DNA from: Nitrospiria bacterium | GTDB lineage: Bacteria; Nitrospirota; Nitrospiria; JACQBZ01 | Reading direction: 5' to 3' | NCBI GenBank assembly: GCA_035498035.1 | Contig: DATKAN010000043.1 | Location: forward strand, 23,639 to 87,638 | Length of the DNA stretch: 64,000 nucleotides | In this document: positions 28,608-38,967 of the stretch, in pieces | How the letters are laid out: each line of letters starts with the position of its first letter | Numbering within the stretch: position 1 is the stretch's first letter | Notes under the pieces: generated by a model | The model's input: the letters and a program-made list of their open reading frames with translations, nothing else | Database searches by the model: none | What the model was told of the DNA's origin: nothing | Program-made: the position numbers and the translations under genes

Positions 28608-29426
28608 TTATGTGTCCGCCAGTTTCAGATCGACAGAAATCTCACGGATCATGTCATGATCGATCCGATCTTTTTTCCGAAGGTAGCCTTCCAACAGGGC
28701 ATTGTCGCATACGGTGTTGATGAGTCGGGGAATCCCCTTGGCATACTGATGAACCGCCGAGTACGCCGTTTTGGTAAAGATTTCCTTTTTGCAGCCGGCG
28801 ATTTGGAGGCGGTACCTCACATAATCCTCGGATGACTCTTCGGTGAAGGCCTGAAGGTGATAACGGATCGCCACCCGCTGTCTCAACGGTTCATCCAGGG
28901 CGAGATGTTGATCCACTTCCGGGAGGCCGAAAAGGATGAAGGTGATCAATTTGTGGCCGTCCAATTCGATATTCAGTATGCCGCGAAACTCTTCCATGAC
29001 CTCCCGAGTTTGAAGCATCTGGGCTTCGTCGATCAGGACAACGGCCTTTTTCTTTTTATCATGAATCTCGGCCAGGCGGTTATATAACTGCCCGAGGAGA
29101 TCGGTCTTCGCCTCGGCCGGCTTCTGAACGCCCAACTGAACCGAAATTTTACGGAGAAGCCATTCGGAGGTTACCGAGCTGTGGATGACAATCAAGAGGG
29201 CCGATTCGTAATTGTTTTCATCCAGTTCATCCAGAAGCCTACGGGCCAGCGTGGTCTTCCCGGCGCCGACATCCCCGACCAGCAAGGCCAGGCCTTTCCG
29301 CTGCTCGGCCGCGTATTTGAGTCGGATCAACGCTTCGGCATGCGGCTTGCTGTTGTAATAGAACCGATTGTCTACCGAATTCGAGAAGGGTTCTTCCTTC
29401 AGGTTATAATGTTCAAGGTAGCTCAC
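28608..29426 (-). CDS. ExeA/GspA-like AAA ATPase (MshM-like)
   Basis: Walker A GDVGAGKTTL, Walker B VVLIDEAQ, and the EPF motif (EEPFSNS) typical of ExeA-like ATPases; no peptidoglycan-binding extension. Confidence 0.7.
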   Translation of the reverse strand: MSYLEHYNLKEEPFSNSVDNRFYYNSKPHAEALIRLKYAAEQRKGLALLVGDVGAGKTTLARRLLDELDENNYESALLIVIHSSVTSEWLLRKISVQLGVQKPAEAKTDLLGQLYNRLAEIHDKKKKAVVLIDEAQMLQTREVMEEFRGILNIELDGHKLITFILFGLPEVDQHLALDEPLRQRVAIRYHLQAFTEESSEDYVRYRLQIAGCKKEIFTKTAYSAVHQYAKGIPRLINTVCDNALLEGYLRKKDRIDHDMIREISVDLKLADT

Positions 29427-29524
29427 GGACCGTGGTTTCCTTTAAAATAATTCCCCAGTGAACATAGCCACCGAGAGTGGGGGGCCCGGTCAGCCTCAAC
29501 CGGCGGGGAGGGTGACACGAGCCC

Positions 29525-32497
29525 CTATAAATAGGATATCCGATCTTTCTTCCTGGCATCCTCTTTTGAACTGTCCTGGTCAACCGCCTTGCCGCGTTGG
29601 GTCTTGGCGGCTGGGGTGGACTCGCCGAAGATCCGATCCATCATCACATCCAGATCTTCATCTTCCTCCGCGCGGGTCACCGATGCCGCCGGTGTCTTTC
29701 GGCGGTTTTTTCCGAGCTGGCCTTCGAGATTTTCAATCCGCTTAATCACGTCTTTAAAGTTTCGGTCGGCCCCTGCGATCTTGCCGAACATGTTCAGGGC
29801 CTCTTCCGGCCGCCCTTCCTTTTCATATAGAGAGGCCAGGTCATAACGAAGCCAATGGCCTTGAGTTTCTTCGCACCGGGGGTCAGAAAGGGCACGTTCC
29901 AAAAGCTTGATCGCTTCCAGACGGTCTCCGCCTTCCTGATGGCATGCCGCCAGCATGTTGCATGAATCAATAAAGCGGTCCGGCCCATCCATGGCCTGCT
30001 TAAATTCGATCATCGCTTCATTTATAAGCCCCATTTCCTTGTAAGCGATTCCAAGGTTATAATGGGTTTCGTAATCGATATCATCCACCTGCACCGCGTC
30101 TTTTTGAAACTCTTCAAAGATGCTGTCCAGCTGTTCGCTAACCGTCTTCTCATCGTGAAGTTCGGACTTGGAATGGATCTTTGGATCCCCTTTAATTTTT
30201 TCATTTAATATCCCGGATAAATCAACAAATTCTTCTTTATTCTCTTTGGGCCCATTGGACCGTCCGCTTTTTTTGTCGGTTTTTCTTTCCGGTTCCTTCT
30301 TTTCTTTTAGGACCGATTGATGGGTTACCGATTCCTCCGCTTCTGTGGGGTAATGGCCCGCGGTTTCCGGGGGCTCCCCGACCGCTTTCTTGGTATCAGT
30401 GCCCATGAACGGAGCAAAGGATTTTTCAAGTTCATCATCTAAGCGACGTTCATCGGCCGATTTCGCATTGTCCTGTTTTTGAACCTGGGCCTCTTGAATC
30501 GGCCGGGTGGTCTTGGTCTCAGGTTTCGGCGGTGATTCGGCCACTGGCTGTGTCCCCTCAAACGTCTTAGCCTTTTGAGACTTCATCTCCAACTCGATGG
30601 TCTCTTCCGCCGCGATGGCTTCGAGCTTCTCCTTGGCGGGGGGAAGATCAGGCTGAAGGGCCAGAATGGACTCATACATTTTTTTTGCTTCATCCCGAAG
30701 ACCCTGCTGCTGGTAGAAATCCGCTTCGGCCATCTGTTCGGCGACTTTTTCCTGCTCATGACCTGTGGCGGCCGAGACTTCGGAAGAAATCCGTTCCTTG
30801 GACCCAACTTCCGGTGCCGGGGTGTCTAATTCCGTACTGGGCCCAGCGGCCTCGACCTCTGCCGGCTTATCGGCCAATATCGCCTTCATACGTCCGCTGT
30901 CCATAATCGGAGAGAGGTCCGTTGCTTCACGAATTTTCGGATTCTCCGGATCAATGGTCTTCGCCTCTTCCAGGATGGCTGTCCCCCGCTCTGAATCCCC
31001 CGCTTTTTTATAGATCTCCATTAAATGGAAGCATTCTTCAATCGCCTTCTCGTTCTGTCCTTCATTCTTATAGATTTCCTTGAGCTGCTGGTGGGCCGCC
31101 TCATTTTCCGGGTCCACCGCGAGAATTTGCTGGAGCTGTTCAATCGCCTTCGTCGACAAACCGTACTTCAAATAAACCTCAGCCTCCGTGAAAAGGCTTT
31201 GAAGAGCGGCCTGATCAACAATGGGCACCGGTTCCGCTGAAGGAACATCGCTCTCGGAGGGCAAAAGCACCTGAGCGAGGTCCGCCGGTTCTTCCGGGAG
31301 CGGTGCCACAGAAGTCTCGGGTTGGTTGAATGATTCGGAAGGAACGGTCTGGGGTTGAGAATCCTCCGTGGTCTCAAAGGATTGACGTAAGCGTCGGACA
31401 TCGTGGTGCTGGGGGTCAAGCCCTTTGATCTTGGCGTACAATTCTTTGGCGCGGGCCGTCTCCCCTGAAGCCAGTGCGCCATCAATGACGTGAGCATATG
31501 TTGAAACGGCGAGTTGTGCACTCCCTCCGCGATCATAGGCCTCCGCAAGCAAAATATGGGCATCCCCTCGGTCCGGATCGGCTTCAATGTATTCCTTCAT
31601 CAATTTTCCGGCCTGACCGTATTCGCTGCGGTCCATGTATTGGTGAACGGCCTTCTTAAACCAGGTGAAGGCCTCATCCTTGTTGCCTGTTTTCATGACG
31701 ACCGTCCCAAGTTTATGAAACCCGATGGGGTCGTCAGGATTCTGCTCAATATATTGATCCATGAGCTTCCGAGCCTCATCAAGCTGCATGCCCTCTAAAC
31801 CGCCGATCTTTGTAAGCAGTTGCTCTTTAGATTCCGAACTCGATTGTGAAGGAGTCTCTTTAGTTGCTGCGCCCCCCCCCATCTGTTTTCGTGCCGCTTC
31901 GTTCTTGGGATCCAACTTTAATATGCGATGACAAAGATCGTCCGCTTCTCTCAACTGCTTGTTATTGCGGTACGACTCGGCAACTTTCAGGTACTCGTCG
32001 ATGGCATCCTGTTGCATTCCTTCCTTCAGACAGAGGTCCGCTAACTTCAAGCGAATTCCCGTATTGCTCGGGTCCAAGTTGGCTATTTTTCTATATATTT
32101 CAAGACACTCCTTGACGTCCCCTTCCTGAATAAAATGTTTGGCGGCCAACAAATAATCTTCTACGGCGTTTCCGACAAGGCCTCGCTCCGCATTGAGATC
32201 TCCCAACTTGACAATAATATCCAGGCGTTGAGGAACGAGTTTGATCAGTTTTTTGTAGATTGCAATGGTTTTTAGCGCAAAACCGGCGGAACGGAATACT
32301 TCCGCCCCTCTGAGGTAGGCTTCAACCGCTTTGGAAACGTCGTTTTTTTTAAGTAACAGATCCCCAATCGTGTTGAAAATATTGCCATCATTAGGCGACT
32401 CGGAGATGAGTTTCTGCCATTCATCGATGGCTTTATCAATCTGGCCCTTCGCCATGTAGCGTTGGGCATTCTGCACGATCGTCGCTTTATCGGCCAA
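29525..32497 (-). CDS. large TPR-repeat protein (990 aa) with central acidic low-complexity linker
   Basis: Multiple TPR-like repeats at both ends, central E/K/P/S-rich region, no signal peptide. Sits immediately upstream of, and co-oriented with, the ExeA-like ATPase. Confidence 0.7.
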   Translation of the reverse strand: MADKATIVQNAQRYMAKGQIDKAIDEWQKLISESPNDGNIFNTIGDLLLKKNDVSKAVEAYLRGAEVFRSAGFALKTIAIYKKLIKLVPQRLDIIVKLGDLNAERGLVGNAVEDYLLAAKHFIQEGDVKECLEIYRKIANLDPSNTGIRLKLADLCLKEGMQQDAIDEYLKVAESYRNNKQLREADDLCHRILKLDPKNEAARKQMGGGAATKETPSQSSSESKEQLLTKIGGLEGMQLDEARKLMDQYIEQNPDDPIGFHKLGTVVMKTGNKDEAFTWFKKAVHQYMDRSEYGQAGKLMKEYIEADPDRGDAHILLAEAYDRGGSAQLAVSTYAHVIDGALASGETARAKELYAKIKGLDPQHHDVRRLRQSFETTEDSQPQTVPSESFNQPETSVAPLPEEPADLAQVLLPSESDVPSAEPVPIVDQAALQSLFTEAEVYLKYGLSTKAIEQLQQILAVDPENEAAHQQLKEIYKNEGQNEKAIEECFHLMEIYKKAGDSERGTAILEEAKTIDPENPKIREATDLSPIMDSGRMKAILADKPAEVEAAGPSTELDTPAPEVGSKERISSEVSAATGHEQEKVAEQMAEADFYQQQGLRDEAKKMYESILALQPDLPPAKEKLEAIAAEETIELEMKSQKAKTFEGTQPVAESPPKPETKTTRPIQEAQVQKQDNAKSADERRLDDELEKSFAPFMGTDTKKAVGEPPETAGHYPTEAEESVTHQSVLKEKKEPERKTDKKSGRSNGPKENKEEFVDLSGILNEKIKGDPKIHSKSELHDEKTVSEQLDSIFEEFQKDAVQVDDIDYETHYNLGIAYKEMGLINEAMIEFKQAMDGPDRFIDSCNMLAACHQEGGDRLEAIKLLERALSDPRCEETQGHWLRYDLASLYEKEGRPEEALNMFGKIAGADRNFKDVIKRIENLEGQLGKNRRKTPAASVTRAEEDEDLDVMMDRIFGESTPAAKTQRGKAVDQDSSKEDARKKDRISYL

Positions 32498-32722
32498 TGG
32501 ACACCCCTAAAGTCACTTTATTTAAAAAATACCAGAAGTTAGTGGGGATGTCAAACGACGCAGAGGCCTATCCGACTAATGAAAATGGGGCTTTTTAAAG
32601 GATGGGTAATTTATTTTTATACGAGGGTGGATTTGTAAGGGTCCAGAAGACTTGGATCTCCTGGGTCGTCATAATCATCAATTAAATTAAATCTTCGGTA
32701 CTTATGAAAAAGGGGAAACCCG

Positions 32723-32932
32723 TTAAACGGAAAGACGGACGACGTTGGCGGCCTGGGGTCCTTTCGCGCCGTCCACAACGTCAAACTCAACCGGCTCCCC
32801 TTCCTTCAAAGTTTTAAATCCGTCGCCCTGCAAGGCGGAATAATGTACAAAAACATCTTTGCCGTCTTCCAATTTGATGAACCCAAATCCTTTGCGATCG
32901 TTAAACCATTTCACTGTGCCCTTGCTTCTCAC
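32723..32932 (-). CDS. cold-shock protein (CspA family)
   Basis: [15 protein letters not shown] with RNP1/RNP2 motifs; GTG start preceded by AAGGGGGG. Confidence 0.85.
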   Translation of the reverse strand: MRSKGTVKWFNDRKGFGFIKLEDGKDVFVHYSALQGDGFKTLKEGEPVEFDVVDGAKGPQAANVVRLSV

Positions 32933-32983
32933 AACACCCCCCTTTCTTTACACAGTCCCCCGAAATTTTACACGCGTGACCGC

Positions 32984-33018
32984 AAAACAAAAAACCGCGG
33001 GCCATGTTTCCCCGCGGT
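32984..33018 (-). terminator. intrinsic terminator-like hairpin upstream of csp (orphan)
   Basis: Minus strand reads ACCGCGGG-GAAACATGG-CCCGCGGT followed by TTTTTTGTTTTG: an 8-bp GC stem, 9-nt loop and U-tract. No annotated minus-strand gene ends upstream of it. Confidence 0.4.
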
Positions 33019-33178
33019 CTTGATGAAGCTTCGCGTCATTTTCCTTCCACAAAAGAGACCAGTGTTCACTTTATGGACACTCAATAATCGGGTCATAAGT
33101 AACACAGTCATTCAGGCTTGTCAAGAATTTTTTTAAAGAAGTCAGGCCCCCTCCCTATTTTGTCGATTTTATATCACC

Positions 33179-33207
33179 TTTACAATTCCATAGAATTCCA
33201 TTATAAA
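33179..33207 (+). promoter_or_regulatory. sigma-70-type promoter candidate (TTTACA-N17-TATAAA) abutting the lptF start codon
   Basis: Read directly; the -10 hexamer ends about 6 nt before the ATG at 33214 and no SD lies between, suggesting a leaderless or very short-leader transcript. Confidence 0.3.
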
Positions 33208-33213
33208 AGACCT

Positions 33214-34341
33214 ATGTGGAAAATCATCGATCGATACATTTTTATCGAGCTCCTGGTACCTTTCGTGCTGACTCTGTCCGCCTTAATGATGATCCTCCTG
33301 ATCGAACAAACGGTGCAATTGACCGAACTGTTGATCAACAAGGGGGTCTCATTCTTAACCGTCGGCCGAATTTTTATTTTTCTCTTGCCGACCTTTCTGA
33401 TTATCGCCATTCCGATGGGGGTCCTGATTGCAACGATTATTAGTTTTTCGCGATTGATGGCCGATCATGAGATAACAGGTTTGATGGCCAGCGGTATCAG
33501 CCTGTCGCGATTAGCGGTTCCGGTTCTCGTTTTCGCGGTCCTGTCGTTCGGAATGACGTTCAGTCTATCGGCCTGGGGTCAGCCCTGGGTCGGTCTCAAC
33601 ATGAAGAAAGCGGCCATGGACCTGCTCAAACAGGAGTTTTCCTTGGGGCTGGAGCCCGGCATATTCAATGAGCCTTTGGAAAATATGATGATCTATGTCG
33701 ACGAAATGCCCACCCCCACTCAGCTTAACGGCATCCTAATTTACGATCTCAGGGACCCCAACCAGCCGGTGTTGATTTTGGCGCAGGAGGGAATGATATT
33801 AGGCGACCCGACATCGGATCTGGTCGGCCTTCGCTTACTGAACGGCAGCCAGCACCGAGAAAGCGGAGATCCGCCCCGCTATCAATGGATAACGTTTAGG
33901 AAGTATGAGTTCAAACTAGATTTGGCCGCGGCCGTCAACCATGCGTCCGGGGATACCGACCCCGCGCTCAGGATCCAGCAGATCAAAATGAGAATGGCCG
34001 CTTCTCAGCCGTTGGCACGCAACGAGCGGAGGACCCTTGAGGAATATTATAAAACTTATTCCTTCCCGTTCTCCTGCCTCATTTTTGGAATTGTCGGAAT
34101 TCCCCTTGGATTGGTCATTAAACAAGGCGGTCGTCTCGGCGGTTTTGCGCTCGGTATCGCGATGGCCCTGCTCTATTACCTGTTCATGATCATCTCGGAT
34201 TTTCTGGTCACATCATTCCTGCTGGCTCCCTTGTTTGCGGCCTGGTTGCCGAACCTGCTGATGACTGTACTTGCGGCCTTTTTTATCATGGGATCCAACC
34301 GCGGGTTTTGGATTCAATCGCTTCGTCCTGGCGGGCGATGA
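33214..34341 (+). CDS. lptF: LPS export ABC transporter permease (LptF/LptG, YjgP/YjgQ family)
   Basis: YjgP/YjgQ topology: N-terminal TM helices, large periplasmic domain, C-terminal TM helices; MWKIIDRYIF start typical of the family. Confidence 0.75.
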   Translation: MWKIIDRYIFIELLVPFVLTLSALMMILLIEQTVQLTELLINKGVSFLTVGRIFIFLLPTFLIIAIPMGVLIATIISFSRLMADHEITGLMASGISLSRLAVPVLVFAVLSFGMTFSLSAWGQPWVGLNMKKAAMDLLKQEFSLGLEPGIFNEPLENMMIYVDEMPTPTQLNGILIYDLRDPNQPVLILAQEGMILGDPTSDLVGLRLLNGSQHRESGDPPRYQWITFRKYEFKLDLAAAVNHASGDTDPALRIQQIKMRMAASQPLARNERRTLEEYYKTYSFPFSCLIFGIVGIPLGLVIKQGGRLGGFALGIAMALLYYLFMIISDFLVTSFLLAPLFAAWLPNLLMTVLAAFFIMGSNRGFWIQSLRPGGR

Positions 34342-34345
34342 GGAG

Positions 34346-35434
34346 ATGAATTTGCCGATACTGCTCAAATACATTTTTCGCGAGTATATAAAGATTCTCC
34401 TCCTCTGTCTCGCGACGCTTGTCCTGGTCTATATCACCATCGATTTTTTCAGCAAGATCGGGCGCCTTATCCAGGAAAACGCTTCATTCCGGTTGATATT
34501 TCTTTATTTCGGTCTTAAAATCCCGAAGACCGTTTTTGATATTGCGCCGATCGCCATGCTGGTCTCCACGCTGATCCTCCTGGGACTTCAGTCCAGGAAC
34601 AATGAGATCGTGGCGCTGAAAAGCAATGGCGTCAGTCTGAATTACGCAACCTCTCCGATACTGATCCTCGCATTTGCCGCAAGTCTCCTTCTGGGTCTTG
34701 GCAACCTTTCATTCATTCCCCTCACCAAGCAAAAGACCGACTTCGTTCAGTTTGTTAAAATCAAAAAGTACCAGGAACAGGCTTACTACGGCCAAAGCCA
34801 TCTCTGGATACGGGACGGACGCCACACATTCCTCAACATCGGCCTGGTCGATCCGATCAACCGGGTGCTGCATGATGTTACGCTTTACAAGCTTCGGGAC
34901 GACTCCACATTGCAGGAACGCATCCAAGCCAAGCGGGTCCAATACGAAAACGGGGCATGGATCATGTATCAAGGCCGGGTCATGGATTTTTCCGAAGACG
35001 GAAAAGTCACCGAAGACCTTTTCGACAAACAGACGGCCACTTTTCAAAGAAAACCACAGGAGTTCAAAGGACTGGACATCGACACGGATAAAATGAAATT
35101 CGGCGAGCTCAAAAAATATATCAACCGCCTGGACAAGGATGGTTACGACGTCAGGCGATACCGTGTCGATCTTTATAACAAGCTTTCGCTTCCCTTTGTC
35201 AGCTTCGTGATGAGCTTGATTGCCATCCCCTTCGGACTGGTGGAGACCAGGTCACGCGGGGTCGCGCGGGGCATCGGCATCAGTTTATTGATTGCCAGCG
35301 GCTACTGGATCGTTCATTCCATCGCACTTTCCTTTGGCCATGCTGGATTGATCCCGCCCCTTCTGGCCAGCAGCCTGGCCAATCTGCTCTTTCTGTCCAT
35401 CGGAGTCTACCTTTACCTCGGAATCCGGCAATAA
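34346..35434 (+). CDS. lptG: LPS export ABC transporter permease (LptG/LptF, YjgP/YjgQ family)
   Basis: Paralogous YjgP/YjgQ protein starting MNLPILLKYIFREY, 4 nt after the lptF stop, with an AGGAG SD. Confidence 0.75.
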   Translation: MNLPILLKYIFREYIKILLLCLATLVLVYITIDFFSKIGRLIQENASFRLIFLYFGLKIPKTVFDIAPIAMLVSTLILLGLQSRNNEIVALKSNGVSLNYATSPILILAFAASLLLGLGNLSFIPLTKQKTDFVQFVKIKKYQEQAYYGQSHLWIRDGRHTFLNIGLVDPINRVLHDVTLYKLRDDSTLQERIQAKRVQYENGAWIMYQGRVMDFSEDGKVTEDLFDKQTATFQRKPQEFKGLDIDTDKMKFGELKKYINRLDKDGYDVRRYRVDLYNKLSLPFVSFVMSLIAIPFGLVETRSRGVARGIGISLLIASGYWIVHSIALSFGHAGLIPPLLASSLANLLFLSIGVYLYLGIRQ

Positions 35435-35499
35435 AGAGGCACCGGCATCTGCCAAGGCTTGGTTCCGCCCGAGCAGTCGGATGACGGATCCCGAAAATT

Positions 35500-37545
35500 T
35501 CAGGCCGATGAGGCCGGGCTTCCCTCGCCGGGTCCCGACGGGGTCAAATGGCCGTGGTCTCCTTCATCGAGATAGATGATCGCCTGGCGAATCACCTCCT
35601 CCACTCCCGCCAGCACGAGCATGTCTTCCGGTTCCAGGACAAAGGCGCCGCCGGGATTGGCCCGGGTCTCCTCCCCCCGAATGACGGCGACAATGATCGC
35701 GCCGGTTCGAAACGGAAGCTCCAACTGGGCCAAACTTTTTCCGACGGCAAGCGAATCGGGCATAAGACGATGCCGGAACACCTCCACCTCGGGCGGTAGA
35801 ATTTCTCTCGTGAGGATCGGCTGAATCGCGGCGCGGCTCAGGCTCGAATATCCCTCCCGCCGGATTTCCTCCAGTTTCCGGGTAATCCGTCCGGGGGGAA
35901 CCCGGTACCGTTTGAGGACGATTCCGGCGATCTCCACCGAGCTTTCCAGCTCCTCCGGCACCACGTCGTTCGCACCCAACTGAAAAAGTTCATCCAGGTC
36001 ACGGACGTACCGCGACCGGGCCACGATCTGAATCGACGGATTCGCCTGCCGGGCGACGCGCAGCGCCCGGCGCAACGCGAAGGGATCCGAAACGGCCAAG
36101 ATCAACATCTTGGCCGCATCGATTCGCAATTGCCGGAGTACTTCGGGGCGCGTAACGTCCCCGAAGTATATCGGAATATTTTGGGTTCGACCCAAGCGAA
36201 CCAAATCTCCGTGAATGTCGACCACGACGTGCTTAAGGCCGGCCTCCTTCAAGGTCCTCGCGAGATTTTGTCCGTTGAATCCGTATCCGGCAATGATCAC
36301 ATGGTCCTTTAGCTCCAGATCTTTGGGTTGAAGATCGGTCAGTTGTCGGGTCCCGAACAATCTTCTGAGGGGTTGGAAGGATTCGGCACGGTCGGACAGG
36401 GGCGGCCCCAGTTGGATGAGAAAGGGCGTGGCGATCATGCTCAGGATCGAGATGGCGAGAAAATGCTGATAGGGCTGTCCGACCAATACGCCCTGATCCT
36501 GACCGAATTGGGCCAAAACGAATGAGAACTCCCCGACCTGAAGAAGCGCAAGGCCGACCAAGGCCGCAACACGGACGGGGTAACCCATGGCCAGGGTCAC
36601 CCCCCCCGCGATCAGTCCTTTGAGAACCATGACGCCCGCAGCCGCCCCGAGAATCAGAAGCGGCTGGTTCACCAGAAGCCTGAGATCGAGCAACATCCCG
36701 ATCGAGACAAAAAACAGACCGTTGAAGCTATCCCGAAAAGGGACTACTTCGGCCAGCGCTTGATGGCCGTACTCCGACTCCGAAATGACCAGTCCGGCAA
36801 TGAACGCCCCGATCGCCAGCGAAAGGCCGATCCGGGAGGTGAGCCAGGCGATTCCCATGCAGATCAGGATCACGGCAATGACAAAGATTTCACGGCTTCG
36901 GGTTCGGACCACCCACATAAGCAACTTCGGGGCGACCCATCGGGCCGCCAACAAAAGACCGCCCAGCAGGAGCACCAGCTTGACCACCGTGAACAGGATC
37001 AGTGCGGTCGATTCCGGCCTTCCGTTCCCGTTCCCAAGGAACGGCGTCACCAACATCATCGGAACCACGACCAGGTCCTGAAAAATCAGGATTCCCACCG
37101 AAAGACGCCCGTGCGGCGCGTCCAGTTCATTTCGATCCATTAAAATCTTCAGGACAATCGCGGTGCTGCTCAACGCCAGCAGGAATCCCCAAAAGATCCC
37201 GGTCTTCCACGATACCTGGAGGCTCAGAAAGACCACGGTCGTGATGAGGATCGTGAGCCCCACCTGAAGCGCTCCCCCCGTCAGGATAAAAGCCCGCACG
37301 TTCGAGAGTCGCGCGAGCGAGAATTCCAGGCCGATCGTGAACAGGAGCATGACAACGCCGATCTCGGCCAAGACACTGACCTGATCCGCATCGTCGATCA
37401 GGTTCAGACCGTAGGGTCCCACGAGGGTGCCGGCGATCAGAAATCCGATGATGGAGGGAAGGTGAATCCGCTGGAATATCAGGACGACGATGATCGAAAA
37501 GCCGAAAATAACGACCAGGTCCTGGAGAAATTGGAGGTGGGGCAT
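35500..37545 (-). CDS. monovalent cation:proton antiporter-2 (CPA2, Kef-type) with C-terminal RCK/TrkA domains
   Basis: Na_H exchanger-type TM domain followed by TrkA-N Rossmann (VIIAGYGFNGQ) and TrkA-C. ATG near 37545 with GGAG SD; the ORF is open to 37605. Confidence 0.8.
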   Translation of the reverse strand: MPHLQFLQDLVVIFGFSIIVVLIFQRIHLPSIIGFLIAGTLVGPYGLNLIDDADQVSVLAEIGVVMLLFTIGLEFSLARLSNVRAFILTGGALQVGLTILITTVVFLSLQVSWKTGIFWGFLLALSSTAIVLKILMDRNELDAPHGRLSVGILIFQDLVVVPMMLVTPFLGNGNGRPESTALILFTVVKLVLLLGGLLLAARWVAPKLLMWVVRTRSREIFVIAVILICMGIAWLTSRIGLSLAIGAFIAGLVISESEYGHQALAEVVPFRDSFNGLFFVSIGMLLDLRLLVNQPLLILGAAAGVMVLKGLIAGGVTLAMGYPVRVAALVGLALLQVGEFSFVLAQFGQDQGVLVGQPYQHFLAISILSMIATPFLIQLGPPLSDRAESFQPLRRLFGTRQLTDLQPKDLELKDHVIIAGYGFNGQNLARTLKEAGLKHVVVDIHGDLVRLGRTQNIPIYFGDVTRPEVLRQLRIDAAKMLILAVSDPFALRRALRVARQANPSIQIVARSRYVRDLDELFQLGANDVVPEELESSVEIAGIVLKRYRVPPGRITRKLEEIRREGYSSLSRAAIQPILTREILPPEVEVFRHRLMPDSLAVGKSLAQLELPFRTGAIIVAVIRGEETRANPGGAFVLEPEDMLVLAGVEEVIRQAIIYLDEGDHGHLTPSGPGEGSPASSA

Positions 37546-37617
37546 AACATTTAACTCCGGAAACCAAGGCTCATAGACCCGGCCTGGATCAGCACAAACG
37601 GACAAGGTTCGGCGAGA

Positions 37618-38133
37618 CTATTTTTTAACAAAACGCTTTAAATAAAAAAACCTCGCGTTGAAAAAACCCGCCAGCGGGAGAAAGACAACCGAGACGACAT
37701 TTAATTTTGAGAGATAGAGGGCGATCAGCGCCAGAAACCCGGCCCATGCGGCGAGATACAGGTAAGGCACGGCCCAGCGCCCGGGATGTTCCACCCGCAC
37801 CGGATCTCCGAGCTTCTTAAGCTGGCGGGTCAGTCTCAGCTCGGCCCGGCGCATGCGGTCCGCAAAATAGGCCGGATGGGTTTTATAAAGATAATGTTGA
37901 TAGCCGGCCTGCAAAAGTCCGGCAATCAGGCCGACCGACAACAGAATCAGACTGTCGGTCAGAAGTGGCGCCATGGGCCCACTCTTGAAAATGAGATAGA
38001 TCACCCCGCCGTATCCCAGGATCAGGGAAATCAATCCGATCAGGGCCGAAGAATAGACGAGCGAGTTCTTCAGATACCGCGCGGCCTGCTGTTGCTCCTG
38101 TTCAGTTTTCTTGACCGTGATGAATTTCGGCAT
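37618..38133 (-). CDS. hypothetical integral membrane protein
   Basis: 171-aa ORF with 3-4 hydrophobic helices; start uncertain because its 5' end overlaps the yacG 3' end. Confidence 0.4.
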   Translation of the reverse strand: MPKFITVKKTEQEQQQAARYLKNSLVYSSALIGLISLILGYGGVIYLIFKSGPMAPLLTDSLILLSVGLIAGLLQAGYQHYLYKTHPAYFADRMRRAELRLTRQLKKLGDPVRVEHPGRWAVPYLYLAAWAGFLALIALYLSKLNVVSVVFLPLAGFFNARFFYLKRFVKK

Positions 38134-38305
38134 CGGCGGGATTCTGGGATTCCGGTTGTTCGGTTTTTTGGTCCGCTTTGATCCGGTATTTCTCGGCGGC
38201 CCAGTTTCCCAGATCGGTCAGCCGGCAGCGCTCGGAGCAAAACGGGCGGAATGGATTGTTCGTCCACTCCAGTGATTTATGACAGATCGGGCAAGGAAGG
38301 TCCAT
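38102..38305 (-). CDS. yacG: DNA gyrase inhibitor YacG (zinc-binding)
   Basis: [40 protein letters not shown]: four-Cys zinc ribbon and conserved YacG motifs; internal ATG taken as start. Confidence 0.7.
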   Translation of the reverse strand: MDLPCPICHKSLEWTNNPFRPFCSERCRLTDLGNWAAEKYRIKADQKTEQPESQNPADAEIHHGQEN

Positions 38306-38351
38306 GAAATAATCATACCGCAGTGGAAGGAACGACGCAAGCCCCCCGGAC

Positions 38352-38933
38352 TCACCGATCCCAAAGCGTCTCCGGCTCCCGGTGCGCACGGCCCATCCAC
38401 CGGGCCAGAACAAATAAGGCGTCGCTCAGGCGGTTGAGGTATTTGAGGATCTCCGGGTCAACCCCTTCCACGCGATCCAAACGAACACAAAGCCGCTCGG
38501 CCCGCCGGCAGATCGTCCGGGACAGATGAAGAAAGGCCGTGAGCGGACCCCCGGTTGGCAGGACGAATTCTTTCAGCGGCCTCAAATCCTTCTGACACCT
38601 ATCCATAAGCTTTTCGAGGTGCAGAACTTCCTCGGAACCGATCCGGGGTAAATTTTTGAACCGCTTCTGATCCTTGGGCAACGTTGCCAGCAGCCCGCCG
38701 ATATCGAACAGACGATTCTGAATACGGTGGAGTTCGGTCTCAAGCCTCCGGGCTTGGACGAGACGCTTCGCATCCGGCCGGTTAAAAGCCCGCACCACGC
38801 CGACCGCGGAGTTCAACTCATCCACCGTCCCATAGGCCTCGATTCGAAGTTGATCCTTTGATATCATTTGCCCGCCGGCCAGTCGGGTTTTGCCCTTATC
38901 GCCGGTCCGTGTATAGACCCGTGTGATTCTCAT
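38352..38933 (-). CDS. pduO: ATP:cob(I)alamin adenosyltransferase, PduO-type
   Basis: [22 protein letters not shown]-terminus and conserved PduO core ([37 protein letters not shown]). Internal ATG with SD; upstream part of the ORF overlaps btuB. Confidence 0.85.
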   Translation of the reverse strand: MRITRVYTRTGDKGKTRLAGGQMISKDQLRIEAYGTVDELNSAVGVVRAFNRPDAKRLVQARRLETELHRIQNRLFDIGGLLATLPKDQKRFKNLPRIGSEEVLHLEKLMDRCQKDLRPLKEFVLPTGGPLTAFLHLSRTICRRAERLCVRLDRVEGVDPEILKYLNRLSDALFVLARWMGRAHREPETLWDR

Positions 38934-38967
38934 CTTTCCCCCGAATGAAATCGGCCCGTGGCCCGCC

